Virus record (IMG/VR): IMGVR_UViG_3300042868_004434
Coordinates: 1 to 54,314 of that record
DNA from: a virus
Taxonomy: Duplodnaviria; Caudoviricetes
DNA length: 54,314 bases
Reading direction: 5' to 3' (one strand)
Each line of letters opens with the position of its first letter. Within the stretch, counting starts at the first letter, position 1. Below, one piece after another: positions 44,576 to 54,312 of the stretch. The position numbers and the translations under genes are program-made. The notes below the pieces were generated by a model. It saw only the letters and a program-made list of their open reading frames with translations, was not told the DNA's origin and did no database searches.

Positions 44576-46888
44576 CTACTTCACTATTTTGGCAGACCAG
44601 CCTACACCTGCAGGGGCCATAGCACCGGAGGGTTGGTTAGCGGTGCCGGACATCATTCTATAGTAAGACTCGAAGTCTGTCACACCGGGCGGTAGATTGC
44701 CGTGCTGCGCCATCTCCCAAGACCTCATCGCCTCTGCCCTAGACATAGGCTCCTTCCTGCCCTGCATTGCCAGCTCGTACCCCTTCTTCGCGTCGCCGTC
44801 ACCCAACGTCCGGTATAGCTCCAGTTGAGGGTTACGTCCGGCGTTGGCCGAGGAAATCCGGTGCCCTTCGCGCTGCGCGTCGATTTGCTTTAGGGCTAGC
44901 TCGTAGTCCTGTTTCAGCTTGGCGGCTTGCAGCTCAAGCTGTGCTGCAGTGGCCTTCTCACCCCGGGCCTGCGCATACAGTGTTGTGGCATCGCGCATAT
45001 TGCCGCTGCGCTCCGCGCGCTCGGCCTGCATAAGTAGCATCTGGGCGTTCTGGTTCGCCTTGAGCGCGGCGGCGTCTAGTTTCTTGGCGTCTTGGTAGGC
45101 CCCGAAACCTTGCGTTGCGCCTTCGCCTAATGCCGTAAGCGTGCTCTTACCCTGTCCACCAGCAGCCATCATGCCTAGTCCGGCACGAATAAGGGCGTCG
45201 TTGATGTTCTGTTTGTCCCGGCCTTTGAGCTCTGCGCGCTCCGCCTTGAGCTGGTCTTGGTACTCTTGGTACGCCGCTTTGGTATCGGAGTTGCGTTCTC
45301 TTGATAGTTCGTTGACATTACGCCCCATAGTTGCGTAGTCCTCCACGGCAAAGCCAGTGCCAGCGCCCGCCGTGGGCGGTGCGATAGGCGACGTAACGCC
45401 TTCCTTGGTCTTCAGTATGCTGGCGATACCCGCGCTCTTTGCTCCGGTAGCTTTTGCCTTGGGCTTCGCCTCTGTCGCGCCGATGCTAGGGGCTGCTATT
45501 TGCGTATCCGCTGCGGGCATGCCTACGGGGGTGCGATCTTTATCGCTGGCTTGGAACCCCTTGGAGTCCATGCCGCGCGGGATACTGGGGTCGAGTTCGT
45601 CCCGACGCGCCTTCATTTGGGCGAGTTGTTTGGGTGTGTACGCCGTGAATGGGTTTGGTGTCGCCTCGGACATTTCTTTGTTGCGGGCCCTGTCTTGTTT
45701 TAGCCGGGAAATACCCTCTTCACGCGCTCGCTCCCTCGCGGCTTTTTCCTGCGCTACTGCAGCTTGTGTGCTGCGAAACCACTTGCCTAAAGCGCTCTCT
45801 GCCGGGCCGTCGGGTTCGGGCACCGAACCCTCGTCTGCAAACCCAATAATCCCCCCGTCAGCGTACTCTTCCTGTGCACTGGGCAGCGAGGCCAACCCGC
45901 CTGCGCGTATCTGCGCGCGGCGCTGTAGCTCCTGCTGGATTACTTGGGGGTCATACTTGCCGGACTTGGCGAGCTGCTGCAACTGCGCATCTGACATTTT
46001 TGTCAGCATTGACTGTAGTTCAATGTCGTTGGGCGCACCCGCGATACCCCCCTCAGCGTAGCCCTCAATAGTTCCGCCGTCCTTCTTGCCCAATGCGCCT
46101 AGCCCTGCCGTGATAAGCCCCGCTGTCTGGGCGCTGTTGTTGGGTGACACACCGTACTGTGTTTGGGCCGAGGACGAACCGCTGCCGGACAAAATGTCCT
46201 TCATGAAACCTAGGTCTTTGTACGGCTGTTGCTTCTGGTTCAGGAAGTCTTGATACTGCTGATTCAAGTTCTGCTGGGCACTGGCCTGCTGCTGCGTACC
46301 CATAGAGTTCTGCAGACGTGCGACATCCTGCGTCTGTTGCTGGCCCGTGTTGTATTGGGATGTGGCGCGGTCAAAAGCGCTCTGCGCGCCTTTGGCTTGG
46401 ATGTCGTCCATCTGCTGGCCAAGATTACGTTCGCGCTCAGAGCGTTCAATGGCCTCCCGGTACCCGCCAAAAGCGCCTGCTTGCGTAGCCTTGGCCTGCT
46501 GGCCTTGCCCTTGAATGTCGGACTGGCGCGCCGCCTCCCGTTTTTGGATGTCTGTTACCTGTTGTTGGTACGGAGACATGTACTGGCTAACGCCCGCACC
46601 AAATGCTGCAGGGCCAGTCTGCATACCGCCAACAGTGTCGTATGACTGTTTCTGCAGCGCCGTAGCGTCCGCCGTACGCTGGCCGGGGTATGTCTGGTAT
46701 GGGGTGCTCGTAAGCGCTTCCGCCTTCCCCATGAGCCGTTCCATGTACGGACGTGCGTACTCCGGTACGTTAGAAGTGTTTGTTGTGGTTGTTGTTGGGG
46801 CGTTACCGCCTCCGCCACCTCCGCCCGTGTCTAGATGCAGCCCGAAAACACCCGCAAAACGCATTACATCAAATAAAAACTTAAACAT
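44576..46888 (-). CDS. Internal virion/DNA-transfer protein
   Basis: 770 aa; GGGG-T-rich start, P.YARPY, YMSPYQQ.V, GAFGG.R motifs. Confidence 0.65.
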   Translation of the reverse strand: MFKFLFDVMRFAGVFGLHLDTGGGGGGGNAPTTTTTNTSNVPEYARPYMERLMGKAEALTSTPYQTYPGQRTADATALQKQSYDTVGGMQTGPAAFGAGVSQYMSPYQQQVTDIQKREAARQSDIQGQGQQAKATQAGAFGGYREAIERSERERNLGQQMDDIQAKGAQSAFDRATSQYNTGQQQTQDVARLQNSMGTQQQASAQQNLNQQYQDFLNQKQQPYKDLGFMKDILSGSGSSSAQTQYGVSPNNSAQTAGLITAGLGALGKKDGGTIEGYAEGGIAGAPNDIELQSMLTKMSDAQLQQLAKSGKYDPQVIQQELQRRAQIRAGGLASLPSAQEEYADGGIIGFADEGSVPEPDGPAESALGKWFRSTQAAVAQEKAARERAREEGISRLKQDRARNKEMSEATPNPFTAYTPKQLAQMKARRDELDPSIPRGMDSKGFQASDKDRTPVGMPAADTQIAAPSIGATEAKPKAKATGAKSAGIASILKTKEGVTSPIAPPTAGAGTGFAVEDYATMGRNVNELSRERNSDTKAAYQEYQDQLKAERAELKGRDKQNINDALIRAGLGMMAAGGQGKSTLTALGEGATQGFGAYQDAKKLDAAALKANQNAQMLLMQAERAERSGNMRDATTLYAQARGEKATAAQLELQAAKLKQDYELALKQIDAQREGHRISSANAGRNPQLELYRTLGDGDAKKGYELAMQGRKEPMSRAEAMRSWEMAQHGNLPPGVTDFESYYRMMSGTANQPSGAMAPAGVGWSAKIVK

Positions 46889-47330
46889 CTAGGCGCTCCT
46901 TAAGGTAGTCGTCGAAGCGCTCCGCGACGACATGCTTCCATACTTCCGGCATAATCTCCGCCGCCCGCTCCGGCCCAACGCAGGTGTGTACCATAAAGGC
47001 CACAATATTCCCCGCTGCATAACGCAGTGTGTGCGCTATCTCTAACCCGTGTGCTTCTTTGTCTTTTTCAAACTTGTTGGCGGCTGCGTAGGCCGAGACT
47101 ACCGTAACCCACATAGGCATCACCGCCTGCTGAATGCGCTGGTAGAACGGATTGATTGGCAAGTACACCAAACAGATCAAGAAGGCGTTGTTGATGTCCG
47201 CTTCCGTGGCGGGTTTGTCTTTATCGACCAGATCGTCCCACAAATGTGCGAGATCGACCATCATACGGTACATGTTCAGCGCGTCTTCGTCACCGCCGAA
47301 CCATTCTAGTTTTCCAGCGGTGGTGTTCAT
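46881..47330 (-). CDS. Helical hypothetical protein with a WDDLVDKD (DDxxD) motif
   Basis: 149 aa, coupled to both neighbours. Confidence 0.65.
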   Translation of the reverse strand: MNTTAGKLEWFGGDEDALNMYRMMVDLAHLWDDLVDKDKPATEADINNAFLICLVYLPINPFYQRIQQAVMPMWVTVVSAYAAANKFEKDKEAHGLEIAHTLRYAAGNIVAFMVHTCVGPERAAEIMPEVWKHVVAERFDDYLKERLDV

Positions 47331-48502
47331 GCGGGGAGGTGCTGCGTAGCTTTGGAGTCCACGGCCACTTTGCCCTTACCTACGGTCTTGCCGCGCTGCT
47401 TTTGGATGCGTTCTAGCATGGCATACAACTGTCTGGTGCCTGCTTCGGTAGACCCGTTTCCCAGCTCCGAGACAATGCGTGCGGGAATGACGAACTCACC
47501 GTCCGCAAGTTTTGCGGGTTGCTTGCCGTTGATTGTGGCGGGGATGCTGTCTGAAACACCGTCGCCCGGGCCACGCAATGCCTGCCCGCCATCCGAATAG
47601 CTGCCCAAAGTACCTCCGCTTGCAAGCGCGGCAATGCCCCCGTGGGCCAGTTCCTGCATCTGCTGCCCTGCCGAAGACATGTATGGGTTGTTGGTAGAGG
47701 GTGTGTATGCGGGCACTCCACCACCATCGGCTAAGGCCGTTACTGTTCCGGGTGTCCATGTGTCGTTGAAATACCTGCGCTCACCTCGGCCAGAATACTC
47801 GGACATGTTAGGGCTGCGATCAAGGGTGTATGGGCGCAAGTACCCTTTGTCTTCCGGGGCCTGCTGCTGTTGCTGTCCGCCTCCGGCACCGTCCATGAGT
47901 ACGGGAGACAAGGCCATAAGCCCCGACTTGGCTAGTCCTTTGTACCCGTCCATGTTTGCGACATACGCATCGCGCCCTGCTTCGGTGCCCAGACTCTCAA
48001 TACCGGTTTTTGCCTTGTCCCAGTTTGCCGCTGCAGTGTCCATAAACCCGACCGGCGCTGCCTGTGTTGCGGCTACACCGCCCATCTCTTTCAGCGCTGC
48101 TGCTTCGGTAGGTAGCATATTTGGGGGCAGCGCCTCTGTGGCACCAATACCTAGCCCGCCCGCAAGATTAGCGCCCCCATATGCGCCCAGCCCGGCCATT
48201 AGGCCTTTGCTCAAGTCGCCAGAGGTGAGCGCGGTGCCGCCACCCAGCACCCCAGCAGTAACCATAGGGGGGATTCCAAAAAAGGAGCCTGCAATCCCTG
48301 CAGCCATAGGCAAAAAGCTCTTCAGTGAGAAGGCTTCCGGCAGGCCTGTTTCGGGGTTAATGGTGAGCGTGGTGCCGTTCTGTTTGGCAAGGCGCTGCAA
48401 CGCAGCTACTTCCTCGTGCGTCATGTGCACCAACGTGCTGTCGCCGTTACGACCTTTAGCCGCTAGTGCGGCGATGCCGCCAGAAGTGTTTTTGTGCTGC
48501 AT
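47327..48502 (-). CDS. Internal virion protein
   Basis: GRNGDS.LVHM, TINPETGLPEAF, GPGDGVSDSIPA, LADGEFVIPA. Confidence 0.65.
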   Translation of the reverse strand: MQHKNTSGGIAALAAKGRNGDSTLVHMTHEEVAALQRLAKQNGTTLTINPETGLPEAFSLKSFLPMAAGIAGSFFGIPPMVTAGVLGGGTALTSGDLSKGLMAGLGAYGGANLAGGLGIGATEALPPNMLPTEAAALKEMGGVAATQAAPVGFMDTAAANWDKAKTGIESLGTEAGRDAYVANMDGYKGLAKSGLMALSPVLMDGAGGGQQQQQAPEDKGYLRPYTLDRSPNMSEYSGRGERRYFNDTWTPGTVTALADGGGVPAYTPSTNNPYMSSAGQQMQELAHGGIAALASGGTLGSYSDGGQALRGPGDGVSDSIPATINGKQPAKLADGEFVIPARIVSELGNGSTEAGTRQLYAMLERIQKQRGKTVGKGKVAVDSKATQHLPA

Positions 48503-48544
48503 GGGGGTGCCTCCAATAAAGACCGGTGCCTCAATGGTACCGTA

Positions 48545-49150
48545 TTATGCGTTGTCAGGGAAGAGATAATACACACTTAAGCGTACAGAAGGTACTGCTG
48601 GTACCGGGGCGACGGCTGCTTCCGCTGCCAAAAACAAGTTGGTGTTCGATGCAGCCCACACTAGCTCCACGTAATCCCCGGGCTGCAGCGTCAGCATTAG
48701 TTTTCTACTAGCTATAGACTCGTCTGTACCGGAACCTACAACGACTTTGTTTGCGGAATTTGCAACGTCCACGCCGTTGATGCGGAACCATGTGTGTGCA
48801 TGTGCCGCTCCGCCAGTGCTGTCCATTTGTATGGAGGCTAGGAAAACGTATACGCCCGCCACCGCCACTGTTATGCGAGACGCGGGAGAGCCCGCAAGTG
48901 TTATCCCCGAACTCTCAACCGTGGTGTTGTACGCTATTGGGTACGCGGTATTGGGCGCTGCGGCCGTTATGCTCGCCGTGTTGAGCAATATTATGTACCG
49001 GTTGAAGCCCGTAAGCAGCTGTTGCAAGCTGTTGCTGACCTGATTGAAGTACAGCCGTAACGTGTTGTCGTGCCGGTCGTGGTACCCGCGTTCGTACTCC
49101 TGCGGGGCCAGTGGTAGGTTGGGGGCTACTGGGGGGCGTATCTGTCCCAT
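48545..49150 (-). CDS. Tail-associated protein with a beta-rich C-terminal domain
   Basis: PNLPLAP.EY...LRLYFNQ then GVY.F.ASIQ, WFRING.DV.NS, L.PGDYVEL. Confidence 0.6.
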   Translation of the reverse strand: MGQIRPPVAPNLPLAPQEYERGYHDRHDNTLRLYFNQVSNSLQQLLTGFNRYIILLNTASITAAAPNTAYPIAYNTTVESSGITLAGSPASRITVAVAGVYVFLASIQMDSTGGAAHAHTWFRINGVDVANSANKVVVGSGTDESIASRKLMLTLQPGDYVELVWAASNTNLFLAAEAAVAPVPAVPSVRLSVYYLFPDNA

Positions 49151-51489
49151 TATCCGGCTCTCCCGTCCACACGCACATCAATCCGCGTAGCGCCGAGCTG
49201 CCACACGGTACCTAGAGTATTACAGCGCACCTCCATAGACATCTGCCGCCCCCGCACGCGCACGTTAAGCTGCCCCGTGAACTGCTCTACCGGGTATGTC
49301 GCGGAGCGTGTGGACGTGCCCGCTGCACTACCCCCGACAGAAGCCGGGGTGTTGTATCCAGAACCTGCGTTTTGTAGAGTGTTGAGCGTTATGGTCAGTG
49401 CAGGACTGGCTGCAGTGGAGCCCCGGAAGGTCAAGTCCGGCAGTATCCGCCATACAAACCCGAAGTTCTGTCCGTCCCCGATGTCGAAGTCGGTAGACAA
49501 GATGAAGGACTCGATGGCTACCGGAGTGCCTGTGGTGTTGTCGTCCACCCCGTATTCATGAAACACAAGCGTGTTGCTGTATGTCGCGGCTAGCGGGTAC
49601 ATATTCAGCCCCGAATCAATCCACGCGGTGCGTGCCATCTGACCAAGGCACCAAACGTCCTCGACATAGTTGTACGTTACGTACCTATCCACCGTGGTAC
49701 TGTTGGTGGTGCAGTAGAAAAACCACACCTCGTTGAACCCCTCTACGGTGCCTGCAAAAAACTGGTCTTGCTGCGCTCGGTTCAGGTCTTCAAAAACGTA
49801 CCGCTGCAAGTCGCACTTAAGGGTCTGCACGCGTCCGTCGTACTTGTAAAACTTGTCGGTACCCATCCAATAGACTACGCCGGACGCGACGGTTACCGCA
49901 TTGGGGCCCATAATAGATGTGTTGTCACCCAGCAGTTGTGTGCCCCACACATACGGCGGGCCTAGATACTGCAGCGAATACAGGGCGGCGTCCGTCCAAA
50001 CAACGATCTCTTGACGGGTCTGCAAAGAGGACACAATAGTGGAGCCCCGGGATAGGCGTATACCGCCCGCTTGGTTGGTTGCTGCCGGAGTCCAGTTCAC
50101 CGCCGACTCTTGGTCAGACCACCGAATAAACATAGGGTCTATCACGGTGTCTCCTATGGGGTTAGTGCCAAGCGCAAGCACAAACCGGCTAGTGTCGGAT
50201 ACCACGATGGCGTTTTGCAGCAGCGGTACATCCGACGCGCCGCCCAAAGAAGTCAGAGCTATACCACGTTGGCTTAAAGAGTGTACACCCGACTGTGTGC
50301 CTGTTGTATTTATGGCCGCGCCGCCCGCCGTAGCCGACAGGTTGCTTGTGACCCCAGTAGGGTTCTTGACGTAGTAAACCGTACCTGCGGTGATCCCTGT
50401 AGGTAGCGCGCCGGTAGTCTGTATTACCACGGCTGTGTTGGCTGGTAGCGCCGTTGGCCACGTAACAACTGCCGGTGTACCGATGGTTACTGTCACTGTC
50501 TGTGCGGACAGGTTCTGCAGGGCATTCCAGTAGTACAGCGACGCCCCCCGGCACCCGTAAATCAAGTCTTGCCCGAAGTTGGCAAAATTCCATATACGCA
50601 TACGGTTGGTGGACGTGCCGCCGGTACCCCAAGTACCAGACCCCCACGTACCCGCACCCCACCCAGAGGAAGACACCGCTAGTGCATTACCTATGCCTAT
50701 CTCGTAGCATGCGTTCACCGTAGCCCCGCCCGTGGCAGTGTCGTACACACTGGCAACTACACCAAAGTCAACCGTGTATGCGTTGATCGTTGTCACTGTC
50801 AACTGGTAGTTGGCGTTCAGTACCGCCGCTGTAAGCCCGGAAGAAACAACCAACGTGTGCACGCCTGATTGCGAGCCCGTAGTCGCTATCTGTGTCCCTG
50901 CAGGCACGTTAGCCAAGCGACATGTGAGCCCCGATACGCCGACAGCGTAGTACGTCTGCCCGACACTCAGCCCCGTAGGTAGCGCCCCGGTTGTCTGCAG
51001 CGTTACGGGTGTGTTCTCGGCCAGCGCAACAGTCAGGGTGACTACAGCCGGGGTAGCGATAGTGACAGTAAAAGTCTGGGTGCTCAGCGCCAACGCGCCG
51101 GAGAAAGTAACAAAATCCCCCGTGGCCGCGCCGTGCGCTGGCGCAGTCACTGTAACCACACTAGACCCCGGCGTAGCCGCAAAGGGGCCGCTGTACGCCG
51201 CGTAGCTGCGTGCGGGAGTGATGTCGTTATACCCGCCACCTGCGGCAATGTACGTCTTGAGGTGCGTGCCTACGGCGTTGAGTACCGTACTGTTGAAGTT
51301 CGCCCATGTCCACAAAGACCGGCAAACGCCCAGAAAAGACTGCGCCGATATGCGCGCCCAGCCCCCGATACGCTCTGGTGTACCTTGCCTAAAGCGTACT
51401 TTGTCAGCGTCCCACCAACCGCCTTCATTGAAAAGACGTGTGTTCTCGCGGTTGACTCCGGGGGAAGGTGTAAATTTCTGCAATGGCAC
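49150..51489 (-). CDS. Tail tubular/nozzle (stabilisation) protein with inserted repeat domains
   Basis: GTG start at 51489; PGVNRE.T....GGW.D.DKVRFR.G.PE.IGGW, IRWSDQE, FNEVWFFY, VRVRGRQ. Confidence 0.7.
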   Translation of the reverse strand: MPLQKFTPSPGVNRENTRLFNEGGWWDADKVRFRQGTPERIGGWARISAQSFLGVCRSLWTWANFNSTVLNAVGTHLKTYIAAGGGYNDITPARSYAAYSGPFAATPGSSVVTVTAPAHGAATGDFVTFSGALALSTQTFTVTIATPAVVTLTVALAENTPVTLQTTGALPTGLSVGQTYYAVGVSGLTCRLANVPAGTQIATTGSQSGVHTLVVSSGLTAAVLNANYQLTVTTINAYTVDFGVVASVYDTATGGATVNACYEIGIGNALAVSSSGWGAGTWGSGTWGTGGTSTNRMRIWNFANFGQDLIYGCRGASLYYWNALQNLSAQTVTVTIGTPAVVTWPTALPANTAVVIQTTGALPTGITAGTVYYVKNPTGVTSNLSATAGGAAINTTGTQSGVHSLSQRGIALTSLGGASDVPLLQNAIVVSDTSRFVLALGTNPIGDTVIDPMFIRWSDQESAVNWTPAATNQAGGIRLSRGSTIVSSLQTRQEIVVWTDAALYSLQYLGPPYVWGTQLLGDNTSIMGPNAVTVASGVVYWMGTDKFYKYDGRVQTLKCDLQRYVFEDLNRAQQDQFFAGTVEGFNEVWFFYCTTNSTTVDRYVTYNYVEDVWCLGQMARTAWIDSGLNMYPLAATYSNTLVFHEYGVDDNTTGTPVAIESFILSTDFDIGDGQNFGFVWRILPDLTFRGSTAASPALTITLNTLQNAGSGYNTPASVGGSAAGTSTRSATYPVEQFTGQLNVRVRGRQMSMEVRCNTLGTVWQLGATRIDVRVDGRAG

Positions 51490-51490
51490 G

Positions 51491-51997
51491 TTACTTACTC
51501 GGTGTTGAGTTAGCCAGCATGGTGTTCTTCGACTGACTGCCGTGGGTGGTGCCGAACCAAAAAGCCACAGAACTTGTCCAAGCTGTAGCGAGTGAGCCAA
51601 GCATAATCATCAACGGTGCTGACTCCTTGACCTCTGGCTTAAAGAACATCAACCCCAGCACCGAGAAGAACCCGATGGTCAGGAAGAACGTCAACCATGC
51701 CGGAACACTAGACCGAACATTGATCTGCATGGAGCGCGCCGAGTCGCGGTCACCGGCTGCAATCTCTTCCAGCTTTATATCGTTTTCCTTGAGAAATTTT
51801 TGAAAGTCGATCTCAGCCAGTTTGATGCTGGCAAGTTGCTCTGGTGACATTTTCCCGCTGTTGAGAACGTCAGACACGGCTTCGATGGTCTTGGACTCAA
51901 TGCCCAGCTTATCAGCAATGAATGATGCAGCAGCGCCGCCAAGTGGCCCGCCTAGGGCTGTGCCCAGCAGGGGTGCGAGTGTTTTAAGCCATTCCAT
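51491..51997 (-). CDS. Holin-like membrane protein (GTA 3TM-like)
   Basis: AP.LGTALGGPLGG, DRDSAR, two TM helices, FWFG; next to the endolysin candidate. Confidence 0.7.
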   Translation of the reverse strand: MEWLKTLAPLLGTALGGPLGGAAASFIADKLGIESKTIEAVSDVLNSGKMSPEQLASIKLAEIDFQKFLKENDIKLEEIAAGDRDSARSMQINVRSSVPAWLTFFLTIGFFSVLGLMFFKPEVKESAPLMIMLGSLATAWTSSVAFWFGTTHGSQSKNTMLANSTPSK

Positions 51998-52013
51998 GTC
52001 AGTCTCCTAAATT

Positions 52014-52457
52014 TCACACAAACGCTGCTGCGTTGTTAATGTCAATGGTCACCTTTTCGCCCGCGCGGATGGCGCGCTGCACCTCACCTTTGACCAATGC
52101 CACGGCTGGGCGGCTAGTGCCGCCGATCAGTGTGGTTTCTGTGGCCTGCATGCCCAAGAGCGGGCAGCCTTCGGTATCTGCAGCGGTGTTGCCTGCGTGC
52201 ATGCGGATGTACTGGAAACCCGGCACATCGTTGATGGTCAGGGTGTCAGGGCCGAAACGGTTGGAATGCTCAAGCGTCACCCGGTACTCACCCGATGGAA
52301 TAGCCGTCGCGCCTTTGATCTTCCACTCTGCCACCGGCACGCCTTCAATCTCGCGCACTTCGTCTTCCAAAGTTGCGCAGGCATACACGCCGTTTATGTA
52401 GAGCTTGCCGATGGTGGCACCGCCTACTGAGGGGCGGCGTTGGAGTGTGAGTTTCAT
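52014..52457 (-). CDS. DUF5675-family putative endolysin
   Basis: TIGKL, TLED, TAIP.G.Y, VPGF..IRMHAGNT..DTEGC.L.G. Confidence 0.75.
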   Translation of the reverse strand: MKLTLQRRPSVGGATIGKLYINGVYACATLEDEVREIEGVPVAEWKIKGATAIPSGEYRVTLEHSNRFGPDTLTINDVPGFQYIRMHAGNTAADTEGCPLLGMQATETTLIGGTSRPAVALVKGEVQRAIRAGEKVTIDINNAAAFV

Positions 52458-52681
52458 TTAATCCAGCCTTTCCCAAGAGCCCAAAAATAGGCGGCACTTG
52501 CGACCACACCAACCACCATAAAAAGCTTGTTCACAACACCCTTGCCAATCGACATGTAGGCTTGGTTTGTGAGCTTTTCCATAGCCTTAGCTGCGGCGCG
52601 CTCTGCGATTTGCTCAATGTGCGCGTCTGACAAATGAAGCTCTTTGCGGCGCTCCACTTGGGGGAATGTGGCTCTGCTCAT
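52454..52681 (-). CDS. Small membrane protein (holin/antiholin-like)
   Basis: 75 aa; IE.IAERAA.KA, single C-terminal TM; in the lysis cassette. Confidence 0.6.
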   Translation of the reverse strand: MSRATFPQVERRKELHLSDAHIEQIAERAAAKAMEKLTNQAYMSIGKGVVNKLFMVVGVVASAAYFWALGKGWIK

Positions 52682-53004
52682 TTGATTGCTGCCTTAATGT
52701 GTCCAGGTGAAACAAAGTTGATAGACAGAGCAAGCCACGTTGCCCTTGGGTTATGTGTTTGGTACAGCCGCTCCAGCGTGTGGCTGATAGTCCACTCTCC
52801 GCGCTTTGGCCAGCCCATGTAGTAGGCCCATACCGTGTGAGCCAGAATTACATCGGCCACCCAAACGATGAATGTGTACGCCACAAGAAAATGCCACGCG
52901 ACAAGAGCCTTCCAGTTTTTAGCCTGCCACGGCCAGTAGAAGTTGTCTGCAAAGACAATCGCCGGGGCCACGTAGGGCAGTAGCTTGATGAGAAAGTCGA
53001 TCAT
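52678..53004 (-). CDS. Membrane protein
   Basis: 108 aa, hydrophobic; TIS..L and PGH motifs. Confidence 0.6.
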   Translation of the reverse strand: MIDFLIKLLPYVAPAIVFADNFYWPWQAKNWKALVAWHFLVAYTFIVWVADVILAHTVWAYYMGWPKRGEWTISHTLERLYQTHNPRATWLALSINFVSPGHIKAAIK

Positions 53005-53366
53005 GGTATCTGCGCCCGCAGTGGCTCAATGGCCTGCTCTAGCTCGTACATGAGCTTGAAGCCGGGGTCTTTTTCAACCAGCGTAGCTATCACCTGCGCC
53101 TTGACTACTTCGGCTGGATAGTCTTGCAGCATGGCGATGACTTCAGGAAGCTCAAACGCTTTATCTATGACACCACGTAGCAACGCCTGCCGGGTGACCT
53201 TTGCAGAGTCATCAGCCTTGGCAGCCTCGATTGCGCGGATTTGCTCTAGGGGCGTTGGTGGCTGCATGTACAACGTAGCGCCCTCCAAATACTCCTGACC
53301 CTCGTACTGAGGATTTGCATAGAGGCCGACAATCTGGTTTTGCTCGTTTCGGTCTATGTAGCTCAT
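53001..53366 (-). CDS. Putative tail fibre assembly protein
   Basis: Follows the fibre-like gene; QI.AIE...RQALL...I..LRAQ. Confidence 0.45.
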   Translation of the reverse strand: MSYIDRNEQNQIVGLYANPQYEGQEYLEGATLYMQPPTPLEQIRAIEAAKADDSAKVTRQALLRGVIDKAFELPEVIAMLQDYPAEVVKAQVIATLVEKDPGFKLMYELEQAIEPLRAQIP

Positions 53367-54181
53367 TACAAGTCCTTTCCGCGAGTGTCAATCCACCCAA
53401 GGGCTGCGATGTATAAGAAAGTGCCAGCGTCGGAAAACGAAAGGCGGCTTCTGATTTGTGCGCTGGTGTTTGTAAATATCTCAAGTTTTTGCATCGCATC
53501 GCCATCGCTTCCACTGGCTGAGGTGCTTACGGTTGCTAATGGCGCGGCTGATATGCTTGGGGCGAGATCAGTTAGCGTGAGTTCGGATAGGTAGCAAATG
53601 CTTCTACTTGCCCCTTCGTTTAGATTTACGTTCAATATCGCTTTGCAAACTACACCTGTGGGTGTAGTCAACGTGCGCGTCACTGCCGCAGTGCCGGGAT
53701 TACCTGCCGAAATATCAAGTACAGGGGACAGCCACAAGAACGTATCGTTGTACTGCACAAAGCTAGTCCACTGCCCCGAGCCGTTAGTCCTGCCAGAGCC
53801 TATGCGCCTAAATTGCGTGTAGTTTGTGGGCAGTGTCGGGCTGGTAGCAGAGAGCGAAAACACCACATCCACCACGCTCGTATCAGGGCGGCGAATGACG
53901 TAGAAGTGATACCAGGTGCTATTTGCAATCGTTCCTGTGTCTAGTCCACCTGTAGCAGTTCCTACCGCCCATGCTGCGGTGGTTTTGGCGATGGCTGCAT
54001 TCAAATCCATGAGGCAGGCATTGGCGCTATCTGCTGCTTGCCCGGCCGCAATAGACATTGTGGTGCTGGAGCCCGCCGTGGACAGGATTAGCCCAGCTAG
54101 AAAGGAGCGCGGTATGCGGCTCATGACAGAGCCATTGGAAAACTGAACACCGTCGTTTGAACAAAGAATATCTACTGGCAT
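53366..54181 (-). CDS. Tail fibre-related protein
   Basis: Thr/Ser/Gly-rich; GGLDTG...STWYH.YVI, PTLPT.YT..RRIG, LGWID.RG. Confidence 0.6.
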   Translation of the reverse strand: MPVDILCSNDGVQFSNGSVMSRIPRSFLAGLILSTAGSSTTMSIAAGQAADSANACLMDLNAAIAKTTAAWAVGTATGGLDTGTIANSTWYHFYVIRRPDTSVVDVVFSLSATSPTLPTNYTQFRRIGSGRTNGSGQWTSFVQYNDTFLWLSPVLDISAGNPGTAAVTRTLTTPTGVVCKAILNVNLNEGASRSICYLSELTLTDLAPSISAAPLATVSTSASGSDGDAMQKLEIFTNTSAQIRSRLSFSDAGTFLYIAALGWIDTRGKDL

Positions 54182-54312
54182 TATGGGAGGTACTCCTTGA
54201 TAGTGATGTACGAGTTCATTACGCCGCCTAATTGCCTGCCACCACCGAAACCGTTAAAGGTAGTAGTTCCCGCAGTTGTTGAGCCTGCCCTAAACCTAAA
54301 CGTAGTGGCAGA
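54181..54312 (-). CDS. C-terminal end of a tail fibre-like protein (partial)
   Basis: Read by hand: ...TTFRFRAG...NSYITIKEYLP*; TAATG overlap with the next gene. Confidence 0.5.
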   Translation of the reverse strand, partial: SATTFRFRAGSTTAGTTTFNGFGGGRQLGGVMNSYITIKEYLP

